Shown here piece by piece: positions 44,768 to 54,681 of a DNA stretch of 64,000 bases; the first letter of the stretch is position 1, and every line of letters begins with the position of its first letter. The notes beneath the pieces were generated by a model that was not told where the DNA came from, searched no databases, and was given only the letters and a program-made list of their open reading frames with translations. The stretch lies in NCBI GenBank assembly GCA_965140705.1, contig OZ223301.1, forward strand, positions 160,001-224,000, in the 5' to 3' direction. Position numbers and translations under genes: made by a program. The DNA is from an uncultured Arcobacter sp. GTDB taxonomy: Bacteria > Campylobacterota > Campylobacteria > Campylobacterales > Arcobacteraceae.

Positions 44768-46883
44768 CTATATAAATATATTAGTATTATTTACTTTACT
44801 TATATTAGCAGTATCTTTTGGTTCTTTTAGTCATATATCAACTGATCTTCAATCTATACTTCCAAATAGTGAAAAGAAAGAGTTATTAAATGAATTTAAT
44901 ACTTTTAAAAGTACTAAAAAGATTTTTTTGAGTGTCGAAGGAATAGATAATAATGCTTTAGAAAAAATCAAGAAACTAGAAAGATCGTTTTCTAAAATTG
45001 AGGGTGTAAGTTTTGTAAAAATACAAGAAAATGAAAATTTAAAAAAGTATAAAGATAAATACAGAGTTTATATAGAAAAATTAGATAAAAAAAGTTTAGA
45101 TAATTTAAATATTACTAAAAAACTTGAAGAGATAAAATCAAATCTATTAAAATCAAATTTCTCATATTTTATAAATAAAGAAGATCCTTTAAATCTTTTT
45201 TTTAAGGATAATTCATTTACAAATTTGTCTATAAAAAATAATCACCTAAGTATAAAAGATAAGGCTTATATCTCTATTTTTAGTCTTGATAATTCAATAA
45301 ACACAATTTCAAAATATGAAAAAATATATGATTCAATAGAAAAAATAATTAGTAATGAAAAGAATATAAAAGTATTCTCTCCTATTTTTTATTTTGTAGA
45401 AAATTCAAGAATAATAAAAAATGATGTAAATAGAATAATTACGATTTCTACTTTATTATTGATATTATTGTATTTGGTTATTTTAAAAAATGTGAAATTG
45501 CTTTTAAATACTATTGTTACTTTGGTTTCATCTATTCTCTTTTCACTATTACTTTGCTCTTTTCTCTTTGATAAATTATCTATTTTTGTTGTTGTATTTG
45601 GTATATCAATTTCTACCGTTGCTATTGATTATATGTTTCATCATTATATGCATGACTATTATGAAAAGAAAAAAGCTTTTAATAAAGATGTTTTTTTAGG
45701 GATGGTTACTACTGTTGGTGCATTTATAATTTTGTCTTTTGTATCTTTTGATTTGATCAAGCAGTTTTGTTATTTTTCTATTATTTCTCTTCTGTTTTCA
45801 TATTATCAGTTTGCATTTTTATATCCCAAAATTAAGTTTTCTAAAAAAAGTATTACTACAAAGTATTATAAACTATATTCAAAAATTAGACCTATATATG
45901 TTATATTTTTTGCAGTTGTATTATTGATATTTTCAATAGATAAATTTCATTTTGATTTAAACCTAAAAAATCTTGATGTAAATAATACACAACTGAAACA
46001 AACAGAAAAATACTTTAATAATAGTTTAGATACTCAAAAGAATATGCCTGTTTTATTAAAAGCGAAATCTATAGAAAAGTTAATTGAAGATGCAAGAATA
46101 TTGAAAAATAAATATCCTAATTCTTATATTCCAACTTCTGTATTAATAGATGAAAAAAGTTTTTTAGATAAAAAGCTTTTATTACAAAAAATAGATTTAA
46201 AAAGTATAAAAGAACAATTGAATAAAAAAGCTATAATCTTGGGTTTTAAAAATAATTATTTTAAAGATGCATATAATTTAAATGAAAATAGACCAATTTA
46301 TACAAAACAATCAATAAATGATTTAGGTATAGAGTTACTTCATTTTAAAGGCAATTATTTAAGCTATGCAAATTTACCCAAAGATAAGGTTAATGATTTT
46401 TCTAAGTATGATTTTATAGTAAATATAAGTATCAAAACAATGTTTGAACAAAATCTAAGCTCTATATATAACGAACTTATGGTATATGGAGCAATAACTG
46501 TTTTATTTATTTTGCTTATGTTATTTTTATCAACAAAAGATAATTATCTCTTATCTTTTGCATATCTGATTTTCCCAATAGCTTTAATATTATCATTGTC
46601 ATTTTTTATGACATTTAATATTTTACATTTCTTTATGTTATTTGTTATTTTGTCTATAAGCATAGATTTTGGTATTTACCTAGGTTCAAAGAATTTAGAT
46701 AAAAATACTTATATAGCTATTTTTTACTCTTTATTATCTACTTTTGCTGGATTTGGTGTATTGATTTTTTCTAAAGTAAATGCTTTATTCTCAATAGGTG
46801 TAGTCGCATCTGTTGGGATACTTGCAATTACACTTCTAATAATAATTTTAAAAAGGCCTTCTTATGACTCTCAAAGTATTTAA
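44751..46883 (+). CDS. MMPL/RND-like exporter (ApeM-like)
   Basis: Two repeats of TM, large loop, 5 TM; AIDY and SIDFG motifs; TTG start. Confidence 0.82.
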   Translation: MFKLTNYINILVLFTLLILAVSFGSFSHISTDLQSILPNSEKKELLNEFNTFKSTKKIFLSVEGIDNNALEKIKKLERSFSKIEGVSFVKIQENENLKKYKDKYRVYIEKLDKKSLDNLNITKKLEEIKSNLLKSNFSYFINKEDPLNLFFKDNSFTNLSIKNNHLSIKDKAYISIFSLDNSINTISKYEKIYDSIEKIISNEKNIKVFSPIFYFVENSRIIKNDVNRIITISTLLLILLYLVILKNVKLLLNTIVTLVSSILFSLLLCSFLFDKLSIFVVVFGISISTVAIDYMFHHYMHDYYEKKKAFNKDVFLGMVTTVGAFIILSFVSFDLIKQFCYFSIISLLFSYYQFAFLYPKIKFSKKSITTKYYKLYSKIRPIYVIFFAVVLLIFSIDKFHFDLNLKNLDVNNTQLKQTEKYFNNSLDTQKNMPVLLKAKSIEKLIEDARILKNKYPNSYIPTSVLIDEKSFLDKKLLLQKIDLKSIKEQLNKKAIILGFKNNYFKDAYNLNENRPIYTKQSINDLGIELLHFKGNYLSYANLPKDKVNDFSKYDFIVNISIKTMFEQNLSSIYNELMVYGAITVLFILLMLFLSTKDNYLLSFAYLIFPIALILSLSFFMTFNILHFFMLFVILSISIDFGIYLGSKNLDKNTYIAIFYSLLSTFAGFGVLIFSKVNALFSIGVVASVGILAITLLIIILKRPSYDSQSI

Positions 46884-48081
46884 TGATAATGGTTCAATAA
46901 ATGAATATGAAATAAAAAAAGAATTATTTTTTGATAAAGAATGCTTTAATAAAGTATCCTATATAGCTTCTTCAAAGAAAGAAACAAATGTTCTAAATAT
47001 GATTAAATCATATTTTTCAGGTGCTAAGTCAATTTTATTTGATGAGACAAATAAAGCATTGAGTGATTCCTTAGAGAAATTAAATATAAAAGAGTTTAAT
47101 GATATACGAAATAATGAGAATATTTTTTATGATAAAGATTTTATGTTTTTATATTTTAGTTCAGGAAGTACAGGGTTTCCAAGTGGAGCACTAAAAACAA
47201 AAGAAAATATTTTAGAAGAAGTAGAAGTAATTACTTCATCATTAAAAGAGTTTAATATAAAAAGAGTTATTGTTACTGTTCCTTTTCTTCACCTTTATGG
47301 TTCATTATATGGACTTTTTTTCCCTTTATTAAATGGAATAGACATAATATTAAAAGAGCATTTTTTACCCCATGATCTTTTAGATATGATAGATGATAAC
47401 TCTTTAGTTGTAACAACACCTTTATATATAAAAGCATTAAATAGAATTAATGAATCAAAAAATCTTTCTAAGTCTTTATTTGTAAGTTCAACAGGACCTT
47501 TATTTGCAGATGATGCAAAAGAGTTTAATGAAAAATTTTCTACAGATATTTTACAAATATTTGGTTCGACTGAAACAGGTGGAATATCGTATAAGTTTAA
47601 TGATGACTCTCTTTGGACAACTACTCCAAAAGTAATTACTTCTATAAATGAGAAAAATGAGTTAAAAGTAGAGTCCCCTTTTATCTCAAATCTGATTTAT
47701 GAAAAAGAGTTTAAAACAACAAATCATCAAATACAAACTTTCGATTATGTGGAGTTCTATGAGAATAAATTTAAGCTAATAGGAAGAAGTTCACAAATTC
47801 TAAAGATAGCTGGTAAAAGATACTCTACAATACAAATAGAAAATATCTTGGAAGAGGTTGATGGAATCGAAAAAGCAGTAGTATTTGTAAATTCGAATGA
47901 AAATAGTAGTCTAAAAGATGAGGTTTTAGATATTACGATTGAGAGTAAACAAGAGTTTTTAGTTAAAGATATAAGAAAGATATTACAAAACGAGTTATCA
48001 AATATTAAATTTTCTATTAATTTAAAAATTGTTGATAAAATAGAAATAACAAATATTGGGAAAAAAAGAAGGGTTATATAA
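46864..48081 (+). CDS. AMP-dependent acyl/aryl ligase (ApeH-like)
   Basis: SSGSTG, VPFLHLYG, FGSTETG and GR...KIAGKR motifs. Confidence 0.85.
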   Translation: MTLKVFNDNGSINEYEIKKELFFDKECFNKVSYIASSKKETNVLNMIKSYFSGAKSILFDETNKALSDSLEKLNIKEFNDIRNNENIFYDKDFMFLYFSSGSTGFPSGALKTKENILEEVEVITSSLKEFNIKRVIVTVPFLHLYGSLYGLFFPLLNGIDIILKEHFLPHDLLDMIDDNSLVVTTPLYIKALNRINESKNLSKSLFVSSTGPLFADDAKEFNEKFSTDILQIFGSTETGGISYKFNDDSLWTTTPKVITSINEKNELKVESPFISNLIYEKEFKTTNHQIQTFDYVEFYENKFKLIGRSSQILKIAGKRYSTIQIENILEEVDGIEKAVVFVNSNENSSLKDEVLDITIESKQEFLVKDIRKILQNELSNIKFSINLKIVDKIEITNIGKKRRVI

Positions 48082-48104
48082 TAAAGGCATTTGCCTTTAT
48101 TATA
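48077..48104. terminator. Probable bidirectional terminator at the cluster right end
   Basis: TATAATAAAGGCA-tt-TGCCTTTATTATA between convergent genes. Confidence 0.7.
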
Positions 48105-48108
48105 ATTG

Positions 48109-48510
48109 TTACATTGAAAGTAATTTAATTTGTGTATTAATAGCTTTTTGTAAGTTTTGAATCCATCCATTATAATTTTTGTGAATAGTTCCTTTTTCTT
48201 TATTGTAGTTAAGGTTTAAACTATTATCATAAGTTATAGAATAACTTTTTTCATCATATGTAATATCAACTAATGCCATATGTGTTCTAAGATTTAATTG
48301 TCCTTTTGCTAAACCATCTTTAACTTTTGTTATATTCCAACCAAGCGTTGCACCTGCTGCATAAATTGCTTTATACATATCTGCTTTCGTTATTTTCTTA
48401 GTTGATACGACTGGATTATTTTTTACATTATAAATAGCAGCTGATCTACAACCTACTAAAAAAAATAATGTTAAAAATACTACACTAGTTATTTTTAAAA
48501 CGTTTTTCAT
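48109..48510 (-). CDS. Lipoprotein of unknown function
   Basis: Lipobox LVGC after a hydrophobic stretch; AAGGAG RBS. Confidence 0.75.
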   Translation of the reverse strand: MKNVLKITSVVFLTLFFLVGCRSAAIYNVKNNPVVSTKKITKADMYKAIYAAGATLGWNITKVKDGLAKGQLNLRTHMALVDITYDEKSYSITYDNSLNLNYNKEKGTIHKNYNGWIQNLQKAINTQIKLLSM

Positions 48511-48594
48511 TTTGTCTCCTTAAAATTATAAGAATTATATCATTGTGATTATTATATTATAATTAATAAATTAGTTTTTAGTAAAAAATAATTT

Positions 48595-49386
48595 TTATTT
48601 AGATTCTAGTTTATTTAATTCTTTCATATTTAAATTATGACAAAGTTTTACACCATAAAGGAAAATTATCCATGAGGTATAAATCCAAAGGAAAGTGAAA
48701 AGGAGTGTTGCCATAGAGCCATATAGGGTTGTATATGTTTGATTGTATAAAATGTAGTATATAAATAAGTTTTTTGTTATTGATATAACTATTAAAGTAA
48801 GAAATGAAGATATAAGTGCTGCTTTTACATCAATGTGTGTATTAACTGTTAATTTAAATAGTACAAAAAAGATACTCCAACCTAAAATTATTGTTAATAA
48901 AAAATCAAAAATTGTGTTATTGTAAAATGTTGTTAAAATTATATATCCTGCAAAAATTACTGGAAGTAGGGTTATAAATAAGAGATAAAAGAAAAAAGAG
49001 GCATAAATTGATTTTCTTTTAGTTTTATGAATTTTATTTACAATATACTCATAGTCTTTAAAAAACATGGTAAATACAAATAACATATAAATAATTCCTA
49101 TGTTACCAAGTTTGTCTGAGTTTGCTATGAAGTTTTTAAACTCTTGGGCAAAGTTTTGTGAATGGGATGGATTGATTAGGTTTAGTATGTAGTTTATAAA
49201 TAAGTCTACATAATTGTTAAATTGTTCTAGGTTTGAAACTATTGCTATAATTAGGGCAAAAATTGGAAGAATTGAAAATATAGTAAAAAAGCTAAGACTT
49301 GCTGCATAATATGTTGTGTCATCATTGAAAAATGAATCTAAAATCTCTATTAATTTTGCAAATAGCTTTTTACTATTTTTTTTCAT
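48595..49386 (-). CDS. YihY/BrkB family membrane protein
   Basis: AASLSFFTIFSILP and TLYGSMA...LWIY motifs. Confidence 0.88.
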   Translation of the reverse strand: MKKNSKKLFAKLIEILDSFFNDDTTYYAASLSFFTIFSILPIFALIIAIVSNLEQFNNYVDLFINYILNLINPSHSQNFAQEFKNFIANSDKLGNIGIIYMLFVFTMFFKDYEYIVNKIHKTKRKSIYASFFFYLLFITLLPVIFAGYIILTTFYNNTIFDFLLTIILGWSIFFVLFKLTVNTHIDVKAALISSFLTLIVISITKNLFIYYILYNQTYTTLYGSMATLLFTFLWIYTSWIIFLYGVKLCHNLNMKELNKLESK

Positions 49387-49395
49387 TTTTTCACT

Positions 49396-50784
49396 TTATA
49401 ATCCCATTTTGTGAGGATTTAAAATGTTATTTGGATCAAAAGCTTTTTTGATACTTTTAAATAATTCAAGTTCTGCTTGAGAAAATGCAATATTCATAAA
49501 TGGAGCCTTTGATAAACCAATTCCATGTTCTCCACTTAAAGTACCACCCATGTCAACTACTAGCTGAAAAATCTCCTCAATGGCTTTATGTCCATCATGC
49601 ATCTCTTTTTCATTTGTTTTATCTTTAACCATTACATTAACATGAATATTTCCATCTCCCGCATGTCCAAAACAAGGAACATTGAAACCATACTTTTCAC
49701 CAATTTTATATATCTCTTCTAGTGCTTCTGGTAGTTTACTTCTTGGAACTGAAATATCTTCATTAAGTTTTTTAGTTCCATATATGGCAGTTGCTGGACT
49801 TGCATTTCGTCTTGCAAACCATAATTTAGCTGCCTCTTCATCATTTTGTGCAACTATAAATTCAGTTGAACCATATTGTGCAAAAGAGTCTTTTAAAGTT
49901 TTTAGTTGCTCATCAACTTCTGCTTGGCTACTTCCATCAACGTCACCAACTAAAATCCCACCTGCATTTTCAGGTAGACTTACTTGTGGGAATTTTTGTT
50001 TTAAGGCTTTTATTACTAAAGCATCTAAAAATTCCATTGCAACTGGATTTGCACCAGCAGCTAGGGATTTAAATACAGCATTCATAGCTTTATTTACATC
50101 TGGGAAAACACCCATGTATGTTTGTTTGAATTTTGGTTTTGGAATAAGTTTTAGAGTTATTTCTGTGATAATTGCTAGTGTTCCTTCACTTGCTATTAAA
50201 ATACCAGCAGTATTATATCCTGCCACATCTTTGATAGTTTTTTTACCAGCTCTTATTATTTCACCATTTGGAAGTACTGCTCTAAGAGCTACTACGTAGT
50301 CTTTTGTAATACCATATTTTGCAGCTCTCATTCCACCTGCATTTTCACTTACATTTCCACCAAGTGTTGAGTAGTGCTCACTTGCTGGATCTGGTGGATA
50401 AAATAAACCTACTTCTTCAACTGCTTTTTGAAACTCCATATTAATAAGACCTGGTTGTACAACTCCTAACATGTTTTCCATATCTATTTCAAGTAGCTTA
50501 TTCATATGTCGCTCTAAACTTAAAATAATCCCACCTTCAGAAGGAAGAGCTCCTCCTGTAAAACCAGAACCAGCACCTCTTGGAACTATTACAATTTTAT
50601 TATCATTACAATATTTCAATACAGCTGATACATCTTGCTCATTTCTTGGAAAAACAACAGCATCTGGTTCAAATCTCTCTTTCGTTGCATCATAGCAATA
50701 AGCTATTAAATGAGCTCTATCACTTTTTACATTCTCTTCACCTACAATCGAAATAAAGTATTCTATATGATTATTTTTTATCAT
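49396..50784 (-). CDS. glcD: FAD-linked glycolate/D-lactate oxidase subunit GlcD
   Basis: PRGAGSG, YPPDPAS, GHAGDGNIH and SGEHGIG motifs. Confidence 0.88.
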   Translation of the reverse strand: MIKNNHIEYFISIVGEENVKSDRAHLIAYCYDATKERFEPDAVVFPRNEQDVSAVLKYCNDNKIVIVPRGAGSGFTGGALPSEGGIILSLERHMNKLLEIDMENMLGVVQPGLINMEFQKAVEEVGLFYPPDPASEHYSTLGGNVSENAGGMRAAKYGITKDYVVALRAVLPNGEIIRAGKKTIKDVAGYNTAGILIASEGTLAIITEITLKLIPKPKFKQTYMGVFPDVNKAMNAVFKSLAAGANPVAMEFLDALVIKALKQKFPQVSLPENAGGILVGDVDGSSQAEVDEQLKTLKDSFAQYGSTEFIVAQNDEEAAKLWFARRNASPATAIYGTKKLNEDISVPRSKLPEALEEIYKIGEKYGFNVPCFGHAGDGNIHVNVMVKDKTNEKEMHDGHKAIEEIFQLVVDMGGTLSGEHGIGLSKAPFMNIAFSQAELELFKSIKKAFDPNNILNPHKMGL

Positions 50785-51847
50785 TATTTAGTCCTAAAAG
50801 ATTTGTATAATAAGAATTGTAATCCATTTGATCTTTACTTTTTTTAGTTGCTAAATCACCGTATAAAACTTCTTCTTCTGTTCTATCATCATTTAAGAAC
50901 TTAGTAATAGCAGAGAAGTCTAACCAACTCCAAATATCAGTTGTGAAAATATTTGATTCAATTTTCTCAATTCTTGTATAAAATGGCATCTGTGTTTTAC
51001 TTGAGATATTAGGAACCGTTTGTTTATTTAAAAGTGTAAACGTTCTACTATCTAAGATATACAAATTAGATTTGATAACAATAAATATTGTTCCCATATT
51101 TTGAGAAAGTGCAAACTCTTGGATTATTTTTTGAGTTGGAAGAGGTCTATATTCACTTTTTAAATATTCTCCAAAGATATCAGAATGTACAAAGTTATTT
51201 TCAGTAAATTTTTTTCTTGTAGCTCTAAATGCATCAATATTTGGTGTAATTAATAAACTTTGATCATACATAAAATTTAAGATAAATGTATCATTATTTG
51301 CCACAGTTCTATTTGATGTTGGAATTGCATTTTGTTTTAAATCTAAAAATGGAATAAATTTTACAATTGAATAGTTTGAATTCGAACTTTCAACATAAGC
51401 ACTTGAGATAATAAGTGAATTACCATCTTTATATGTATGTTGAATAACACCACTTTGTCCAATTTTTAAGTTGCCAATATCTATTTTTGCATGGTCACTT
51501 GTTACATCATAGAGTTTAGTTGTTTGAGTTTGCATATCTAAAGCAGTTGTTATATCATTTTTAGAACTTAACTCTTTAGATATAACTACAGGATTTATAT
51601 CACTTAAAATATAATTATAGTCTAAACCTTTTTTTGCATTTTTGATTTCAATATCTTTTATATACCAACCAGCTCTTTTCATCTCTTTTAGTGATTTTTC
51701 ACCTTTACATTCACCACCGTCTAATTTAGTAGTTTCAATAGTTGATGGAGTTTCCCAAGATTTTTTATAACAAATTGTAGTTTTTGCATTTAAACTATTT
51801 GCAACTAAAAGTGTTGCTCCAAGTAGTAATAATTTATTATTTATCAT
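50771..51847 (-). CDS. Exported protein with PgbA-like (plasminogen-binding) domain
   Basis: Signal peptide; G.SGVI.H, QNAIPT and FVHSDIF patterns; upstream of glcD as in other Campylobacterota. Confidence 0.6.
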   Translation of the reverse strand: MINNKLLLLGATLLVANSLNAKTTICYKKSWETPSTIETTKLDGGECKGEKSLKEMKRAGWYIKDIEIKNAKKGLDYNYILSDINPVVISKELSSKNDITTALDMQTQTTKLYDVTSDHAKIDIGNLKIGQSGVIQHTYKDGNSLIISSAYVESSNSNYSIVKFIPFLDLKQNAIPTSNRTVANNDTFILNFMYDQSLLITPNIDAFRATRKKFTENNFVHSDIFGEYLKSEYRPLPTQKIIQEFALSQNMGTIFIVIKSNLYILDSRTFTLLNKQTVPNISSKTQMPFYTRIEKIESNIFTTDIWSWLDFSAITKFLNDDRTEEEVLYGDLATKKSKDQMDYNSYYTNLLGLNNDKK

Positions 51848-51855
51848 TTTTTTCC

Positions 51856-52362
51856 TTATTTAGTTTGTAACTCTTGTAATTTTTCTTTTACTTCATCCAC
51901 ATGGAGGATTTCAATAGTTTCACCATTTACTTTTTTCTTTTTTCTTACACTTACTTTTTCCCAAACTGCTGCAATTTCACCTTTTGGGTTTATAATAAAT
52001 GTAGTTCTAACTACTCCCATAGACTCTCTACCCATGAATTTTTTAAGTTGCCATACACCATAATCTTCACACATTTTTTTCTCAACATCTGCAAGTAGTG
52101 TTATGCTTAAATTTTGTTTTTCTATAAAGTTTCTATGTTTTGCTGGAGTATCTGAACTTACTCCTAAAATAGTAGCATCTAAGTTATCAAATTCTGGCAT
52201 AGAAGCTGTAAAGTCACAAGCTTCAGTTGTACAACCTGGCGTATTATCTCTTGGATAAAAATATAAAACTATCCAGCTTCCTTTTATATCTCTTAAACAA
52301 ATTTCTACATCATCTTGATTTGGTGCACAAAAATCTGGTGCTATTGAATTTACTTCTAACAT
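51856..52362 (-). CDS. bcp: Peroxiredoxin Bcp/PrxQ
   Basis: YFYPRDNTPGCTTEAC motif. Confidence 0.93.
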   Translation of the reverse strand: MLEVNSIAPDFCAPNQDDVEICLRDIKGSWIVLYFYPRDNTPGCTTEACDFTASMPEFDNLDATILGVSSDTPAKHRNFIEKQNLSITLLADVEKKMCEDYGVWQLKKFMGRESMGVVRTTFIINPKGEIAAVWEKVSVRKKKKVNGETIEILHVDEVKEKLQELQTK

Positions 52363-52373
52363 TTTATAATTCC

Positions 52374-53084
52374 TTATTCTTTTATTGCTATAAATGTTGC
52401 AAAATTAACCCACTTGAAAAGTGTTTCACAATGGGTAAATCCAGCATCTTTTATCATTTTTTTATTTTCATCTTCTGTATATGGTATCAAAACATTTTCC
52501 AAAGCTTCTCTTTTTTGAGAAATCTCAAATTCTGAATACCCTTGTGTTTTTTTAAATTCATAATACTCATCAATACATTGTTTATTTAAAACATTATTTG
52601 ATGAAATTACTTTTTCACTAAAAATAAAAACCCCTTTCTTTTCTAAAGAGTCGTATATTTTTTTTATAAGTTTTTCCCTTTGTAAAGGTCTTATAAATTG
52701 AAGTGTATAGTTAGATATAATTAAGTTAGCACTTGATAAATCAACATCATGAATATCACCACAAATAAAATCAATATCAACACCAAAAGCTTTAGCTTTG
52801 TTTGAAGCTCTATTTAACATGGCTTGTGAATTATCAATACCAATCAAATTTAACTTTTTATTGCAATGCTTACCAAGCTCTATTAATGTTGATGCAGTTG
52901 AGCAACCTAAATCAAAAACTTTATAATCATCTTCTAAAAAATTTAGTGCAAAATTTATAGTTAATCTTTGCATCTCTTTATAATATGGAACCGAACGATT
53001 AAGCATATCATCAAAGACTGATGCAACCTCTTCGTCAAATTCAAATTGTTTTTTAATTGATTTATTAAATACTTTATCTATCAT
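52374..53084 (-). CDS. cmoA: Carboxy-S-adenosyl-L-methionine synthase
   Basis: [25 protein letters not shown] and KREALENV motifs. Confidence 0.95.
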   Translation of the reverse strand: MIDKVFNKSIKKQFEFDEEVASVFDDMLNRSVPYYKEMQRLTINFALNFLEDDYKVFDLGCSTASTLIELGKHCNKKLNLIGIDNSQAMLNRASNKAKAFGVDIDFICGDIHDVDLSSANLIISNYTLQFIRPLQREKLIKKIYDSLEKKGVFIFSEKVISSNNVLNKQCIDEYYEFKKTQGYSEFEISQKREALENVLIPYTEDENKKMIKDAGFTHCETLFKWVNFATFIAIKE

Positions 53085-53120
53085 GTAGATATTCTATCAA
53101 AATGATTATTAATAATCATT

Positions 53121-53948
53121 TTATAAAGTAAGATTAAAATAGATTTTACAATCATTTATATCATTTACTATTTGTTCTTTTAGTTTTTCAAAAGAATCAA
53201 ACTTTTGATTGTCTCTTAATTTTTTGAAAAATTTAATTGATATATTACTATTGTGTGCTGAAATATCTTTATTTAAAATATGTGTTTCAACTGCAAAGTT
53301 GCCATCAGTAGTGACTCTGTGACCTAAAAATGAAATGGATGGATAGCTTACATTATCAACTTTTGTTTTAGTGATATAAACTCCTTCATTAGGTAATAAA
53401 TACTCTTTTATATCTAGGTTAATAGTTGGAACAAAATCTGACTTTCCTAAGCCTTGACCTTTTATTTGAGTTCCTTTTATTTCATATTTTCTTCCAAGGA
53501 GGGTATTTGCTGTTTCAAAGTCTCCGTTTTTTATGTATTCTCTGATTATTCTTGAGTGTATTGCAATATCATTTATACTTATTTCATTTACAACAACAAC
53601 TTCTCCATCAAAGAGTGATTTTAGCTCTTCTGTAGAGTTAGCTCTATTTTTCCCAAAACAAAAATCAAAACCTACAACTATTTTTTTTAATTTTGGGAAT
53701 TCACTTTTTAATAGTTTTATAAACTCTTTACCACTTAAGTTTTTTATATCATTTAATTCATAATAAAATATTGGGAAAGTTGTGCATTTTTCTCTTTGTT
53801 CTTTTGGCGTCATATTTGCATGACCAGTTTCAATTGCAATAATAGCACCATTTGAAGTTAAATTATTAAATAAAGATTGATGGGCTATATGCATCCCATC
53901 AAATCCTCCAATTGCAACAGATGTTATGTTTTTTTTATCTTTATTCAT
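53121..53948 (-). CDS. ribF: Bifunctional riboflavin kinase/FAD synthetase
   Basis: IGGFDGMHIAH, VGFDF.FG, PTIN and ETH motifs. Confidence 0.93.
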   Translation of the reverse strand: MNKDKKNITSVAIGGFDGMHIAHQSLFNNLTSNGAIIAIETGHANMTPKEQREKCTTFPIFYYELNDIKNLSGKEFIKLLKSEFPKLKKIVVGFDFCFGKNRANSTEELKSLFDGEVVVVNEISINDIAIHSRIIREYIKNGDFETANTLLGRKYEIKGTQIKGQGLGKSDFVPTINLDIKEYLLPNEGVYITKTKVDNVSYPSISFLGHRVTTDGNFAVETHILNKDISAHNSNISIKFFKKLRDNQKFDSFEKLKEQIVNDINDCKIYFNLTL

Positions 53949-54667
53949 TTCTCTACCTCTATTTTTTTGAAGTAAAATAGCTCTTCAATATTGCCATCTT
54001 TCCCTTCTAGTTTACTTTTAGAACTTTTTATTAGTTTCCAATTTAAAAGAACAGTTACTCCTAAAAACTTTCTTCTTGCGAGATCTATGGCATCTTTATC
54101 TTTTACCATACCTTTTTTATCTCTTTTGACATTTGTGCCAACTTCAAATTGGGGTTTAAATAATACTATTATATTTTTTGTTGATAATCTATTTATATCA
54201 TCTATAATATTGTGCAAACTTATAAAAGAGACATCACAAGTCACGATATCAAAAGCTTTATCACTTTTAAAGTCTCTAATATCGCAGTTTTCATAAAATT
54301 CTATTTTTTTATCATGTTTTATTTTTTCATGGAGTTGATTGGAACCTACATCAACGCAAGTTACACTTTTAACACCATTTTCAAGAAGTATTTGAGTAAA
54401 GCCACCGGTGCTAGAGCCTATATCTAAAGCAGTTAAATCATTTAGGTCTAAATCGATTTCATCTAAGAAGTATTTTAATTTATATGCAGCCCTTGAGACA
54501 TAAAAAGTATCTTCTAGTATTTCAACTTTGTGAGTCTCTTCTACATTAAAAGATGGTTTTGTTATAATGGCACCATCTATTTTTATTTTATTTGCTTTTA
54601 TAAGTTCATGCGCCTTATTTCTACTTTGTATGTCGAAAGCTTTTGTTAAAAATAAATCTAATCTCAT
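53945..54667 (-). CDS. tlyA: TlyA rRNA cytidine-2'-O-methyltransferase
   Basis: MRLD S4 domain, YVSRAAYKL, DIGSSTGGFT, DVSFIS and KPQFE motifs. Confidence 0.94.
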   Translation of the reverse strand: MRLDLFLTKAFDIQSRNKAHELIKANKIKIDGAIITKPSFNVEETHKVEILEDTFYVSRAAYKLKYFLDEIDLDLNDLTALDIGSSTGGFTQILLENGVKSVTCVDVGSNQLHEKIKHDKKIEFYENCDIRDFKSDKAFDIVTCDVSFISLHNIIDDINRLSTKNIIVLFKPQFEVGTNVKRDKKGMVKDKDAIDLARRKFLGVTVLLNWKLIKSSKSKLEGKDGNIEELFYFKKIEVEK

Positions 54668-54681
54668 GGGTGGAATTATAG

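Larger units (their letters stand above)
36109..48081. other. Aryl polyene/flexirubin-like type II PKS biosynthetic gene cluster (14 genes in two divergent operons)
   Basis: ACP, KS, CLF, two hotdog dehydratase-like proteins, KR, AMP-ligase, ammonia-lyase, methyltransferase, GT2, acyltransferase, LolA-like and MMPL genes clustered together. Confidence 0.85.

Noticed and set aside
36022..48110. Cluster as an active integrative element at tRNA-Thr
   Set aside because: No integrase or transposase, and I saw no duplicate of the tRNA 3' end at the right border, so mobility is unsupported.
53945..54667. TlyA as hemolysin, and PgbA-like or BrkB-like genes as a virulence island
   Set aside because: These are conserved housekeeping-type genes in core synteny, and the family names do not demonstrate virulence function.
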